From assembly GCA_035651875.1 (NCBI GenBank), contig DASRET010000080.1, forward strand, positions 13,790-77,789: DNA of 64,000 nt, written 5' to 3'. The first letter of the stretch is position 1; each line of letters begins with the position of its first letter. This DNA comes from Xanthobacteraceae bacterium (GTDB lineage Bacteria; Pseudomonadota; Alphaproteobacteria; Rhizobiales; Xanthobacteraceae). Shown in pieces: positions 1-10,128 of the stretch. Both the position numbers and the translations under genes were made by a program. Below the pieces are notes generated by a model. The model did not search any database and was not told where the DNA came from. It saw only the letters and a list, made by a program, of their open reading frames with translations.

Positions 1-2619
1 GAAGATCTTGTAGGTGGCGATGCCTTCGGCCTGGATCGCCTCGCGGCTGTCGGTTGACTTCAAATGCTTGGGCACAAAGCCGCCCTTGGCGCCGACCGGC
101 ACGATCACGGCGTTCTTGACGTTCTGTGCCTTCACCAGGCCGAGAATTTCGGTGCGGAAATCCTGCGGCCGGTCGGACCAGCGGATGCCGCCGCGCGCGA
201 CCTTGCCGAAGCGCAGATGCAGCGCCTCGACCCGCGGCGAATAGACGAACACCTCGTAGAGCGGCCGCGGCAGCGGCATGCCGTCGACCTTGCGGCTTGC
301 GAACTTGATCGCGATCGGCTCCTTGGCGCGGCCGGCCTCGTCGAGCTGAAAGAAATTGGTGCGCATCGCCGCCATCACGGCGTTGACGAAGTGGCGCAGG
401 ATGCGGTCCTCGTCGAGGCTCGACACCGCCTGCAACGCCGTGTCGATGGTGGCGGCGATTTCGGTCTCGTTGGCGGCACGCGCCTGCTCGACGAGCGCGA
501 AGCGCGGCGCAAAGCGCACGTGGAATAGCGACACGATAGCGGCGGCGATACGCGCGTGTTTGCGCAGCGTGCCCCACATGTAGTCCTGCGAATAGGGCAC
601 GCGGATCTGCCGCAGAAAACGCGAGATGGTGCGGATCACCGCGACGTCGCGCCAAGCCAGCCCGGCCGTCAGCACCAGCGCGTTGTAACCGTCGTTCTCG
701 GCGGCGCCGCTCATCACAGCGAGGAAGCACGCTTCGAGCTGATCCTTGCGCGCGACGAGCGCGAGCGCCTCGCCGGTCGCGGTCTCGAGCGTCATGTCGT
801 GAAACCAAACCTCCGCGTCCTGCGGCCGGATCGCATAGGTGCGTTCGTCGACGACGCGAAAGCCCATGTTTTCCAGAACCGGCACGCGCTCCGACAGCGG
901 GATTGGGCGGCCGAGGCTGAACACCCGCAATCCGACAACCGCCGGCGCCTCGTCGGCGCTGCGGTAAAGGTCGACGCCGAGCGGATGCTGCGCCGACAGC
1001 GCCTCGATCAGGCCGATGTCGGCGAGCGCGGTCGCCGCCGGATAGACTTCGCGATAGTCGATCGGAAACGCCTCGCGATAGCGGGCGAACAGCCGATGCG
1101 CCGCGTCGCCGTCGTGACCGGCACCGATCGCCTCTTCGAGCCGCTCGACCCAGCTCTGGACGATGGCCTCGACGGCACGGTCGAGCTCGGTCTGGTCCGG
1201 GTTCGGCGTCTCGCCCTCATAGCGTCCGATGATGAAGTGGACGCGCACCAGCGGGCCTTCGGTGAAGAACGGATAAAACGCCCGCAGCCGTCCCTGGTAG
1301 GTCGCCGCCAGATACTCGCCGATCTGCGCCCGGATCGCGCTGTCGTAGCGGTCGCGCGGCACATAGACCAGAACCGAGACGAAGCGGTCGAAGCGGTCGC
1401 GCCGCGGTAGCACCCGCACCCGCGGCCGTTCGCCGAGCTGCAGGATCGTCAGCGCGAAGCGGTACAGCGTGTCTTCGTCGATCTGAAACAGCTCGTCGCG
1501 CGGATAGGTCTCCAGCACATTGACCAGCGCCTTGCCGGAGTGGCCGTGCGGCTCGAAACCGGCGCGGCGGATGATGTGATCGACCTTGCGGCGCAGGTAC
1601 GGGATGGCGCGGGTCGAGCGCGTATAGGCGGTCGAAGTGAACAGGCCGCAGAACCGCCGCTCGCCGATCAGCTTGCCTTCGTCGTCGAAGCGCTTGACGC
1701 CGACATAGTCCATGTTGACGCGGCGGTGCACACGCGCGCGCACCGCGGCCTTGGCGACGATGAGGAGGCGCGGCTCTTCCAGAAACTCGCGGATTTCCGG
1801 CGTGATGGTGACGAGCTGGTTGCCGCGGCGCAGGAGCCGCATGTCACGCGAGCGCAGGAGCCCGAGCCCGGTCTCGAAGATCGGCTGCAGCGCCTGCTCG
1901 TTGTCCGTATAGGCGTAGTCGCGCGAGCCGAGCAGGGTGAAGTTGTCGCCGATCAGCCATTCGAGGAACTGCACTGCTTCGGCAATCTCCTCGACCGGCA
2001 GCGGCGGCGGATTCTTGCGCAGCTCGGCGATCGCCTCGCGGGCGCGCTTGAGCATGGTCTGCCAGTCCTGCACGCAGACGCGGACCTCGTCCAAAATGGC
2101 TTCGAGGGTGCGGATGAGGTCCGCCGTCGCGGCTTCGTCGAGCAGCCCGTCGATGTGGATGTGAATGAAGCTTTCGCGGCGGCCGTCGCCGTGCCGGTTG
2201 TCTTCGAAGCCGGTCAGCGTGCCGGCCGGGTCGCGCTCGACCAGAAACACCGGATGGACCAGCAGCAGGACGTCGAGACCGCGTTCGGTGAGTTCGCCGA
2301 CCACCGAATCGACCAGGAACGGCATGTCGTCGTTGACGACGTCGAGCGCGGTGACGCCGGGCGTCATGGCGGCCGGCGCAAGCCGCACCTTGGGGGTGCC
2401 CGGGCGGCGCGCCGCAAACGTCGCCCAGGACTGCACGGCCAGGGCCGCGAGCTGTTCGGGCCGGTAGCGCTCCAGATCGTCCGGCGCGGCACGGCCGAAG
2501 AATTTGTCGAGAAAATCGGCCGGGATGCCGGGTTCGCGCCGCGCCAAGGCGGCCGCGGCCGCGCCAAGGAGCGACGGGCCGGTGCGGCCGTCGTCGCTGG
2601 GCGTGTCCTGGATGGCCAT
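1..2619 (-). CDS. NAD-specific glutamate dehydrogenase, large (~1600 aa) family; N-terminal 873 codons, 3' end lies beyond the window start
   Basis: Absent from the ORF track because it is open at the window edge. Manual - strand translation (codons ending at nt 1) gives MAIQDTPSDDGRTGPSLLGAAAAALARREPGIPADFLDKFF from ATG 2619. At nt 1-330 it gives ...RFGKVARGGIRWSDRPQDFRTEILGLVKAQNVKNAVIVPVGAKGGFVPKHLK...IATYKIF, the catalytic-core signature of this family. The + ORFs 556-1410 and 1540-2640 are Arg-rich antisense shadows. Confidence 0.85.
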   Translation of the reverse strand, partial: MAIQDTPSDDGRTGPSLLGAAAAALARREPGIPADFLDKFFGRAAPDDLERYRPEQLAALAVQSWATFAARRPGTPKVRLAPAAMTPGVTALDVVNDDMPFLVDSVVGELTERGLDVLLLVHPVFLVERDPAGTLTGFEDNRHGDGRRESFIHIHIDGLLDEAATADLIRTLEAILDEVRVCVQDWQTMLKRAREAIAELRKNPPPLPVEEIAEAVQFLEWLIGDNFTLLGSRDYAYTDNEQALQPIFETGLGLLRSRDMRLLRRGNQLVTITPEIREFLEEPRLLIVAKAAVRARVHRRVNMDYVGVKRFDDEGKLIGERRFCGLFTSTAYTRSTRAIPYLRRKVDHIIRRAGFEPHGHSGKALVNVLETYPRDELFQIDEDTLYRFALTILQLGERPRVRVLPRRDRFDRFVSVLVYVPRDRYDSAIRAQIGEYLAATYQGRLRAFYPFFTEGPLVRVHFIIGRYEGETPNPDQTELDRAVEAIVQSWVERLEEAIGAGHDGDAAHRLFARYREAFPIDYREVYPAATALADIGLIEALSAQHPLGVDLYRSADEAPAVVGLRVFSLGRPIPLSERVPVLENMGFRVVDERTYAIRPQDAEVWFHDMTLETATGEALALVARKDQLEACFLAVMSGAAENDGYNALVLTAGLAWRDVAVIRTISRFLRQIRVPYSQDYMWGTLRKHARIAAAIVSLFHVRFAPRFALVEQARAANETEIAATIDTALQAVSSLDEDRILRHFVNAVMAAMRTNFFQLDEAGRAKEPIAIKFASRKVDGMPLPRPLYEVFVYSPRVEALHLRFGKVARGGIRWSDRPQDFRTEILGLVKAQNVKNAVIVPVGAKGGFVPKHLKSTDSREAIQAEGIATYKIF

Positions 2620-2768
2620 GGCGCTGCGGATTGGCTTTAAGCGATTCGCGCCATCATACCCGCGCGGCGCGCATATCCGCTACGGCCAGATTATACTTGG
2701 CGGGACCCTTGCCGCCATTGATCTCAGGCTGCGGCAGGCAGCCGATGTGAGGCGGAAACGGAGGCAGC

Positions 2769-3401
2769 ATGGCGAAGCGCAGCAACAAAACTGCAGCCAC
2801 AAAGCGGACACCGGCCCGGCCGAGCGCCGCGGCCGGCGACGACACCGAGATCACCGCGTTATCTCTCGATCCGGCGCCGCTGACGCCCGAGATGGCGGCG
2901 TATTTTGCCAAGTGCGAAGAAAAGCTCGGCTTCGTGCCCAACGTGCTCAAGGCCTATGCGTTCGACATGGCCAAGCTGTCGGCCTTTGTCGCCATGTACA
3001 ACGACCTGATGCTGGCGCCGTCGGGCTTGAGCAAGCTCGAGCGCGAGATGATAGCGGTCGCGGTGTCGGCGCAGAACCGCTGCTATTACTGCCTGGTCGC
3101 CCATGGCGCCGCGGTGCGCCAGCTGTCCGGCGATCCGGTGCTCGGCGAATTGATGGCGATGAGCTACCGCGCCGCGCGGCTGTCGAAGCGCGAGCGCGCC
3201 ATGCTGGACTTCGCCGTCAAGCTGACGGGGGAGCCGTGGCGCGTCGAGGACGAGGACCGCGCCGCCTTGCGCCGCGCCGGCTTCTCCGACCGCGACATCT
3301 GGGACATCGCCGCGGTAGCCGGCTTCTTCAACATGACGAACCGCGTCGCCTCGGCAACCGACATGCGACCGAACAGCGTCTATCACGCGCAGGCGCGGTG
3401 A
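2769..3401 (+). CDS. AhpD-like / carboxymuconolactone decarboxylase family peroxidase-related protein
   Basis: Track ORF of 210 aa. CMD-fold core with a CxxC-type motif ...VSAQNRCYYCLVAHGAAV.... Divergent from the GDH gene. Confidence 0.8.
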   Translation: MAKRSNKTAATKRTPARPSAAAGDDTEITALSLDPAPLTPEMAAYFAKCEEKLGFVPNVLKAYAFDMAKLSAFVAMYNDLMLAPSGLSKLEREMIAVAVSAQNRCYYCLVAHGAAVRQLSGDPVLGELMAMSYRAARLSKRERAMLDFAVKLTGEPWRVEDEDRAALRRAGFSDRDIWDIAAVAGFFNMTNRVASATDMRPNSVYHAQAR

Positions 3402-3512
3402 GGCTGCGTAGACCATGTTTGGCCGCTCCCGATGAGCTGCCGCTCGTTGCGTTGCGCCGGCGCCTCGCCGCCTGTAGCCTCCTGAATTGGGGATGCGGGG
3501 CAGGGGACCAAG

Positions 3513-5414
3513 TTGACGAGGATCAGTTTTGGCTGCGTTGCCGTCGCAACGGTGACGGCGGCGGGCTGCTGTTCGGCGGCGGGCCAGTCCTTCAGCCAAT
3601 TCGTCGGGTTTGGCGACAGCACAATCGACAGCGGCTGGTATCGCAATGCCGCGCCGAATTCGACCAATCCGGTCTACAACGCCGACTTCGCCATTGCGGT
3701 GACGCAGGGCGGCGGAAAAGCCACCACCAATCCCGGCTTGGTCAGCTCCGAGTTTCTCGCAAGTTATTTCAACCTGACCACCGCGCCCGCCAATCAGCCG
3801 GGGGGCACCAATTACGCAACCGGCGACGCGCGCAACGCCCAATCCAATATCGGCGTACCCAACAGCCTGCAGGGGGCAGTCCCGACCGTCACCCAGATCA
3901 ACAACTACCTCGCGGCGCACAACGGCATCGCCAATCCCACCGGACTTTATCTGATCGGTTCCGGCGGCAACGACATCTCGTTTGCGCTGGGTAATCTGCC
4001 AGCCGCTGCCCAGAGTCCATACGTTGTCACTGCCGCGAACGATCTCGTCGGCGGCATCGTCCAGCTGCAAGTGGCGGGCGCGCGCTTCATCGTCGTGCCG
4101 GACCAGCCGCAGTCGTTCGGCGCGGCGAACGTGCAGGCCTTGCGTAGCACTTACGATGACGACCTGTGGGGAGGTCTCGCCGCCGCCCACGTCAATTTCA
4201 TTCCGGCCGACGTCAACGCCGTGTTCAAGGCGGTTGCGGCAAATCCGTCGACGTTCGGATTCATTCCCGGCGGCGGTCCTGCCTGTACCCAGCCGGCCAG
4301 CATCCCCAGCGGCTGGGCTATTTTTTGCGCGCCGACCTCCACCATCTCGACGCTGGTGTCGCCGGACGCCGCGCAGACGCACTTTTTTGCCGACGACGTG
4401 CACTTGACGACCGCGGGACAGAAAATCATTGCCGACTACGAATACAGCCTCATTGTCGCGCCGAGCGAAATCTCGCTGCTTGCCGAACTGCCGGTGAAGA
4501 CGCGCGCCACCATGGTCGAAGCCATGTATGCCGAGATCGCCCTGTCCCAGGAGCAACGCAAGGTCGGCAGCTTCAACGCATGGATCAGCGGCGGCGCGGC
4601 GGCGCTTCGTGTCGATTCGAGCGCTCCGGGCCTGCCCGGCGACTCCGGCACGCCGCTCGGGGTGACCGTCGGTCTCGACTATGCGGTCGCGCCTGGGTGG
4701 CTTGTCGGCGGCGCCTTCTCGGCAGGTTATGCGTCGCAAGCGTTCAGCCTCGGCGGCAACTTCTCGCAGGACGAATACACGCTGAGCGCCTACGCGGCGT
4801 TCCGCGGCCGCTCCACCTGGGCCAATTTCATCGGCAGCGCCGGTGTGCTCGACGACAAGGTCAATCGCGTCGTGCCGATCGGCATCACCATGCAATCCAA
4901 CACCGGGTCCACCAGCGGCTCGAATTTTTCGTTCGCGGCTGAAGGCGGATACGACTTCAGGAGCGGCATCGTCACGCATGGACCGTTGGCCGGCGTGCTG
5001 CTGCAGCACATCGATATCGATGGCTATACGGAGACCGACTCGTTTGCCGCCATCGGCGGATTGACCGCGCTGTCGTTTGCCCGCCAGACCCGCAACTCAG
5101 CCGTCACCGAATTCGGCTACCAAGCCCGCGTCGAGCTCGACGCCTGGACGCCGTTCGCCAAGCTCGCCTGGAATCACGAGCTGGTCTCGCCCAACCGTCT
5201 TGTCACCGCCACGCTGACCACCATCAGCGCGCGAAGCTATTCCATGCCGGCATTAGAACTCGGCACCGATTGGGCCACGCTGTCGGCCGGCACCAGTATG
5301 CGTATCCGGCGCAACATCACCGGATCCGCGATGGTCTTGGGCGAGCTCGGACAAGACAAGGAAACGTCGTACGGCGGGCAAGCCGGCATCAACGTCGCGC
5401 TGGACTGGCAATGA
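3513..5414 (+). CDS. SGNH/GDSL esterase autotransporter (EstA-like)
   Basis: 633 aa with a signal-like N-terminus. Block I is FVGFGDSTIDSGWY, followed by LIGSGGNDI and DDVHLT (D-x-x-H). A C-terminal ~280-aa beta-barrel-like domain ends ...GINVALDWQ. The track start is TTG. Confidence 0.85.
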   Translation: MTRISFGCVAVATVTAAGCCSAAGQSFSQFVGFGDSTIDSGWYRNAAPNSTNPVYNADFAIAVTQGGGKATTNPGLVSSEFLASYFNLTTAPANQPGGTNYATGDARNAQSNIGVPNSLQGAVPTVTQINNYLAAHNGIANPTGLYLIGSGGNDISFALGNLPAAAQSPYVVTAANDLVGGIVQLQVAGARFIVVPDQPQSFGAANVQALRSTYDDDLWGGLAAAHVNFIPADVNAVFKAVAANPSTFGFIPGGGPACTQPASIPSGWAIFCAPTSTISTLVSPDAAQTHFFADDVHLTTAGQKIIADYEYSLIVAPSEISLLAELPVKTRATMVEAMYAEIALSQEQRKVGSFNAWISGGAAALRVDSSAPGLPGDSGTPLGVTVGLDYAVAPGWLVGGAFSAGYASQAFSLGGNFSQDEYTLSAYAAFRGRSTWANFIGSAGVLDDKVNRVVPIGITMQSNTGSTSGSNFSFAAEGGYDFRSGIVTHGPLAGVLLQHIDIDGYTETDSFAAIGGLTALSFARQTRNSAVTEFGYQARVELDAWTPFAKLAWNHELVSPNRLVTATLTTISARSYSMPALELGTDWATLSAGTSMRIRRNITGSAMVLGELGQDKETSYGGQAGINVALDWQ

Positions 5415-5492
5415 GCGGCTGAGCGCTCAGACCCAGCGCCAGCCATTGGCACAACGCCAAGCATCCGACGTCGGCCGGGCAGGTGAGATCAA

Positions 5493-7205
5493 TCACCTCG
5501 CGTTAGCGTCGATCAGAGGCGTGATGCGGCGGATGGCGACACGGCGATTGGCGCGTTCGGACCCGCTCGTCTGGACCTTCAAATCCTGTTTTCCGTAGCC
5601 TTGCGTGACGAGATTCTCGGGCGGCACATGGAATTCTTCGCTGAGCGCCACCGCGACCGACTCGGCGCGGCGGTCGGACAGCGAAAGATTGTCGACATCG
5701 TTGCCGACCGCGTCGGTATGACCCTCGATGAGAAAGACCTCTTGTGGGTTGCGGCTGATGGCGCGGCCGAGCGCTTCGGCGATGACCGAGAGCCGCTCCA
5801 CCTGATCGGGCGTGATCTGCCATGACCCGGTGTCGAACGTGATGTCGAGATCCACGCGCGGCATGCGGGCGCGCAACGGCTCGCTGTAGCGCACCTCGTC
5901 CAGTGTGTAGCGCTGCGCGATGGCCTCGACCGGCGGCGCAACGAACACGTCGTAAATGGCAGCTTCGTTCGCCGCATTGGCTTCGAGAATATAGCGGTCG
6001 CGCGGAATGCGAATGACCGGAGGCGGCAGCTCGACAAAGACTTCGCGCGGCCGGGCGCCGGCAAAACTGTTGTCGACCAGGATGATTTCCCGGCCGTTGG
6101 GGTCGCGGCGAACGCGGCGCAGGAGATGCCCTTCGGCGTCGGTGGTGTTGATGATCTGCACGCCGTCCGGGCGGACCACGACCGCCACCGTCTCGTTGCC
6201 GCGCCGGTCGACGTGAATGTCGCGCGCGCCGACGGCGAAGCGGTCCACTTCGTTGTGGCGGATGATGGTCCGATTGCCTTCCTCGACGATAGTGCGGTCG
6301 GGCTCCCTGATGAAGACGCGGTTGCCTTCGCGCACCTCTTGGCGCTGCTGGTGCAGTTGATTGATGTTGGCCGTGGGCGCTTGGCCTTTCGGTGCGATGA
6401 ACTGACCCTTGTTGATCGGCTGTGCCGGCGGCGGCACGGCTCCCGGATTGCCGTTCGGACTGGGCGAGGCGCGCCGCACCGCCGCAGCGCCCGCCCCCGG
6501 CTGCTGCGTTGCCGGCTGCGCCGTTTGGTTCGGTGCAGCCGCCGGTCCTTGCGCGGGCTGATTGCCGGGCGACGCGTTTTGCGCCGGTGCGTGCTGGCCA
6601 CCGCCGGGCTGCTGCGGGGCCGGCTTGCCCGGCGCCGCTTGGCCGGGCTGGGCAACGCCGCGATGTTCCTCGCGATGTTCCTGTTGTGCTGCTGGTGCTC
6701 CGCCGGGCGCTGCCGCCGGACGCCCGCCATTGGGCGGCACATGTTGTTCCGGCCCGCGATGTTCCTCGCGACGTTCCTGTTGTGCCGCGGGTGCTCCGCC
6801 GGGCGCTCCTGCCGGATGCCCGCCATTGGGCTGCACGTGTTGTTGCCCCGGTTGCGGCGCCGCTTGCCGCGGCGGCTGCGAATTTTGCGGCTGTGGATGC
6901 GCCGGTGCTGCTGCGGCGGGTGGATGCTGCTGCGCTGGCGGCTCGACATGGCGTTGCTGAGGCTGCGGATTTGCCGGCGGATGCGCAGCGGCCGGCGGTG
7001 CCTGGTGGGGCGGGGCACCCTGTGGGGCGGGCTTTGCCGGGGCTTTTTTCTCGCCCGGCTTATTGGGCTCGGGCTGCTGCCCCTGACCCACCCCCGCCTG
7101 CGCGAGACGTTCCAAGTCAGCCGGCGCGCTCTGCGCCTGCCAGCCGGTGAGCCCGAGCGTCGACAATACCGTTCCGGCCAAGAGTGCGGATCGAGCGGCT
7201 CTCAT
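5493..7205 (-). CDS. OmpA-family protein with a long Pro/Gln/Ala-rich linker
   Basis: C-terminal OmpA block ...FLIEGHTDAVGNDVDNLSLSDRRAESVAVAL...RANRRVAI. The signal peptide begins at internal Met MRAARSALLAGTVLSTLGL (ATG 7205), so this is preferred to track start 7244. Confidence 0.8.
   Translation of the reverse strand: MRAARSALLAGTVLSTLGLTGWQAQSAPADLERLAQAGVGQGQQPEPNKPGEKKAPAKPAPQGAPPHQAPPAAAHPPANPQPQQRHVEPPAQQHPPAAAAPAHPQPQNSQPPRQAAPQPGQQHVQPNGGHPAGAPGGAPAAQQERREEHRGPEQHVPPNGGRPAAAPGGAPAAQQEHREEHRGVAQPGQAAPGKPAPQQPGGGQHAPAQNASPGNQPAQGPAAAPNQTAQPATQQPGAGAAAVRRASPSPNGNPGAVPPPAQPINKGQFIAPKGQAPTANINQLHQQRQEVREGNRVFIREPDRTIVEEGNRTIIRHNEVDRFAVGARDIHVDRRGNETVAVVVRPDGVQIINTTDAEGHLLRRVRRDPNGREIILVDNSFAGARPREVFVELPPPVIRIPRDRYILEANAANEAAIYDVFVAPPVEAIAQRYTLDEVRYSEPLRARMPRVDLDITFDTGSWQITPDQVERLSVIAEALGRAISRNPQEVFLIEGHTDAVGNDVDNLSLSDRRAESVAVALSEEFHVPPENLVTQGYGKQDLKVQTSGSERANRRVAIRRITPLIDANAR
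6660..6851. repeat. Tandem direct repeat, 2 x 96 bp, inside the OmpA-family linker
   Basis: Units begin at 6660 and 6756 (gcgatgttcctcgcga[t/c]gttcctgttgtgc...). They encode two ~32-aa copies ...PNGG(H/R)PA(G/A)APGGAPAAQQE(R/H)REEHRG.... Confidence 0.85.
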
Positions 7206-7264
7206 CCTGGTTCCCCACGCGTTGTGTCCCGGCGCATGGGTCACCAGTCCAGTGCGACCGAACT

Positions 7265-7843
7265 ATGGCGGCGCTGCGCGCCATGCTGAACCGAATGCGG
7301 CAGCACGGCGACCAACGCGAAGACGCGGGAAGCGAGGCGCCAGTGGACACGGTGACGTTCTTCTTCGACTTTCGGGGCCGCATCAACCGGGCCAGATATT
7401 GGCTGGCGCTGCTGATCTTCCTGATCGTCGACGTGGTGCTGAGTCTGATCGGCCTCGCCGTCGGCAAAGGGTTGACGTTTCAAGTCGTCAGCTATGGACT
7501 CAACCTCGCGATGTTCCTGTCCACCATCGCGCTCAGCATCAAGCGACTGCATGACCGCGACCGCTCGGCGTGGTGGCTGTTGTCGTTCTATATCGTGCCG
7601 GCTCTGATCGTCGCGGTCGGCGGCTTCCTGCTGTGGAACGCGGCCGGCTCCTTCGGCGACGTCAAGGATGTATCGCTCCTTCTCCTTCGCGTCTGCGTGC
7701 TCGGCGGCGTCGCGTTCTGCTTCTGGGGCTTGGCCGAGATCGGCTTTCGTCGCGGCACCACGGGCTACAATCGCTTCGGCCCCGATCCGCTGGCAAGACG
7801 GTCGCGGACCTGGGTCAGGCCCGCCGCGCAACTTGGCCGCTAA
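7265..7843 (+). CDS. DUF805 family inner-membrane protein
   Basis: ...FDFRGRINRARYWLALLIFLIV... and ...LSIKRLHDRDRSAWWLL... are DUF805 (YhaH/YhaI-like) signatures. Start moved to ATG 7265 to avoid overlapping the divergent OmpA gene. Confidence 0.7.
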   Translation: MAALRAMLNRMRQHGDQREDAGSEAPVDTVTFFFDFRGRINRARYWLALLIFLIVDVVLSLIGLAVGKGLTFQVVSYGLNLAMFLSTIALSIKRLHDRDRSAWWLLSFYIVPALIVAVGGFLLWNAAGSFGDVKDVSLLLLRVCVLGGVAFCFWGLAEIGFRRGTTGYNRFGPDPLARRSRTWVRPAAQLGR

Positions 7844-7849
7844 GCGTCT

Positions 7850-8650
7850 TCAAGAATGTCCGGATAAGTCTCCGATCGTCGGCGTTGCGCCGGACAGCGG
7901 ATTGCTCGGGTCCCACTGATAGCGCAGCGTCTCGAAGCGCATGGAGCGGGCGTCGATCATCAACAGGCGCCCGACCAGATTGTCGCCGAAGCCGACGATC
8001 TCGCGAATGATTTCGAGCGCCATCATCGAGCCGATCACGCCGGCGAGCGCGCCCAGAACGCCGGCCTCGGCGCAAGCCGGCACGGTGCCGGGCGGCGGCG
8101 GTTCGGGAAACAGGCAGCGGTAAGTCGGATTGGGCTTGCCGTCGGCGCCGCGCTCGTGGGCGCGGATCGTTGTCAGCGTGGCGTCGAAGGTGCCGAGTGC
8201 AGCGGTCACCAGCGGCTTCTTGGCGAAGTAGCAGGCATCGGAGACGAGATACCGCGTGGCGAAATTGTCGGAGCCGTCGGCGACGATGTCGTAGCGGCCG
8301 ATCAGGTCGAGGGCGTTGCCGGCGACGAGCCGCGTGCCGTGCGCCTCGACCGCGACATGCGGATTGAGCTTGCGGATCGTCGCTGCGGCGCTCTCGACTT
8401 TCGCCATGCCGACGTCGGGCGTTTCGTGGATCACCTGCCGCTGCAGATTGGAAAGCGTGACCACGTCGTCATCGATGACGCCGAGCGTGCCGACGCCGGC
8501 AGCGGCCAGATAGAGCAGCACCGGCGCGCCGAGGCCGCCGGCACCGATCACCAGCACGCGGGCGCGCTTGAGCGCGGCCTGTCCCGGGCCGCCGACCTCG
8601 AGCAGCACGATGTGCCGCGCATAGCGTTCAAGTTCTTCGGCGCTGAGCAT
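7850..8650 (-). CDS. ThiF/MoeB/HesA family adenylyltransferase (molybdopterin-synthase adenylyltransferase-like)
   Basis: MLSAEELERYARHIVLLEVGGPGQAALKRARVLVIGAGGLGAP... carries a Rossmann GxGxxG in an E1-like core. The upstream 92 codons of the track ORF are Cys/Pro-rich and overlap the divergent gene, so ATG 8650 is preferred. Confidence 0.8.
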   Translation of the reverse strand: MLSAEELERYARHIVLLEVGGPGQAALKRARVLVIGAGGLGAPVLLYLAAAGVGTLGVIDDDVVTLSNLQRQVIHETPDVGMAKVESAAATIRKLNPHVAVEAHGTRLVAGNALDLIGRYDIVADGSDNFATRYLVSDACYFAKKPLVTAALGTFDATLTTIRAHERGADGKPNPTYRCLFPEPPPPGTVPACAEAGVLGALAGVIGSMMALEIIREIVGFGDNLVGRLLMIDARSMRFETLRYQWDPSNPLSGATPTIGDLSGHS

Positions 8651-8750
8651 GGCCGCAACCGAACGCCCGCCGGAGCAGCACGTCAAGCTGCCGGCCAAAT
8701 TGCGCCGCGGCGTCGTTGCGCTATCCTCTATGGGTCGGCGGGATGCGGGG

Positions 8751-10124
8751 ATGAACACGCGGGTGACGGGCATCATCGTCTGCGTGGCGCTGGCCGGCGT
8801 GCCGGCGCTGGCGCAGCAGGCCCAAAACGGCACGCAGGGGCACAAGCCCGGCGGGCGGGCCGTGCCGCACGCCGCTACCAAGGTTACGCCGAAAAAACCG
8901 GGCGCAAAGCCGGCTGCTGCACTCACCGACGTCTATGCAAAGCTGCCGGCCGCCGAGCGGTTTGCCATCCAGAGCAACCTCGCCTGGATCGGCGTTTACG
9001 AAGGCCTGCCCGGCGGCGATGTCGACGACCGGACGATCGAGGCGATCAAGCTGTTCCAGAAAGGTCACGCCGCCAAGGATACCGGCATCTTGGACGAGCA
9101 GCAGCGCGCGCAGCTTGCCGCCGCCGCATCCGGGCCGCAGCAGGCGGTCGGCTGGCGCGTGATCGACGATGCGGCGACCGGCGAGCGTTTTGGCTTGCCG
9201 GAAAAACTCGTGTCGCGAAGCGGCGCCTCGCCGGGTGGCAGCCGCTGGAGCTCGGGCCGTGGCCAGATTCAGATCGAAACCTTTCAATTCGGCGAGGCGT
9301 CGCTGCCGGCTTTGTTCGACACGGAAAGAAAGACGCCGCGCAGCCGGCGCATCGAAGCGAGCGTGCTCAAGGCCGACTCGTTCTTCATGGCGGGCACGCA
9401 GGGCCTGAAAAACGTCGTGGTGCGTGCCGACGCCCGCGGCAGCGAAATCCGCGGCATCACGGTTCTGTACGACCAGGCCAACAAGGGCGTGATGACGCCC
9501 GCGGCGATCGCCATCGCCAATTCATTCCAGGGCTTTCCCGATCCGCACGCCGGCCCGCCGCCCGGCCAAAGGCCCGCGGTCGAGTACGGCACCGCGATTG
9601 TCGCCGACGGCAGCGGCATTCTCCTCGCGCCGCGGCCGCTGACGGCCGATTGCGAGACGATCACGGTGCCGGGCTTCGGCCATGCGGTGCGTGTTGCCGA
9701 GGATAGCGCGAACGATCTGGCGCTGCTCCGCGTTTTTGCCTGGCAAACGCTGACGCCGGCGCCGCTTGGGGCTGATGGCAATGGTAATGACACTCTCGCG
9801 CTGATCGGCATCGCCGATCCGCTGGCGCAGCAAGGCGGCCGCGCCGTGACGCACGCTGCCGCACACCGCAACGGACAAATCGTCGAGCCAGGCCCGGCTC
9901 CTGGTTTTTCCGGCGCCACTGCCGTCGACGCCCAGGGCCGCTTCGTCGGCATCGTCGAACTAAAATCGCAACCCGTCGCCGGCCCGGCGGTAGCTGGCGA
10001 TCAGGCGGTTCTCATTCCGGCTGCCGCAGTGCGGGCATTTCTCACGGCGCAAGGCGTTATGCCGGCGGCTGGCTCTGGCGCCACAGATCAATCGGTCGTG
10101 CGGCTGGTCTGCGTGAGAAAGTGA
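8751..10124 (+). CDS. Secreted peptidoglycan-binding-domain / trypsin-like serine protease family protein
   Basis: Signal peptide MNTRVTGIIVCVALAGVPALA. PG-binding-like segment ...DDRTIEAIKLFQKGHAAKDTGILDEQQRAQL.... C-terminal ...APGFSGATAVDAQGRFVGIV... resembles the GxSG block. Confidence 0.6.
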   Translation: MNTRVTGIIVCVALAGVPALAQQAQNGTQGHKPGGRAVPHAATKVTPKKPGAKPAAALTDVYAKLPAAERFAIQSNLAWIGVYEGLPGGDVDDRTIEAIKLFQKGHAAKDTGILDEQQRAQLAAAASGPQQAVGWRVIDDAATGERFGLPEKLVSRSGASPGGSRWSSGRGQIQIETFQFGEASLPALFDTERKTPRSRRIEASVLKADSFFMAGTQGLKNVVVRADARGSEIRGITVLYDQANKGVMTPAAIAIANSFQGFPDPHAGPPPGQRPAVEYGTAIVADGSGILLAPRPLTADCETITVPGFGHAVRVAEDSANDLALLRVFAWQTLTPAPLGADGNGNDTLALIGIADPLAQQGGRAVTHAAAHRNGQIVEPGPAPGFSGATAVDAQGRFVGIVELKSQPVAGPAVAGDQAVLIPAAAVRAFLTAQGVMPAAGSGATDQSVVRLVCVRK

Positions 10125-10128
10125 GGCG

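Noticed and set aside
2859-5009. 716-aa - strand ORF overlapping the AhpD-like and EstA-like genes
   Set aside because: Arg/Ala/Gly-rich, low-complexity translation with no motifs. It lies antisense to two genes with clear family signatures, which is the typical high-G+C shadow ORF.
8649-8750. Upstream 34 codons of the track ORF for the PG-binding/protease gene, and the 92 upstream codons of the MoeB-like ORF
   Set aside because: Using the longest ORFs would make the two divergent genes overlap by ~280 nt. The internal Met codons give a proper signal peptide (8751) and the conserved MoeB N-terminus (8650).
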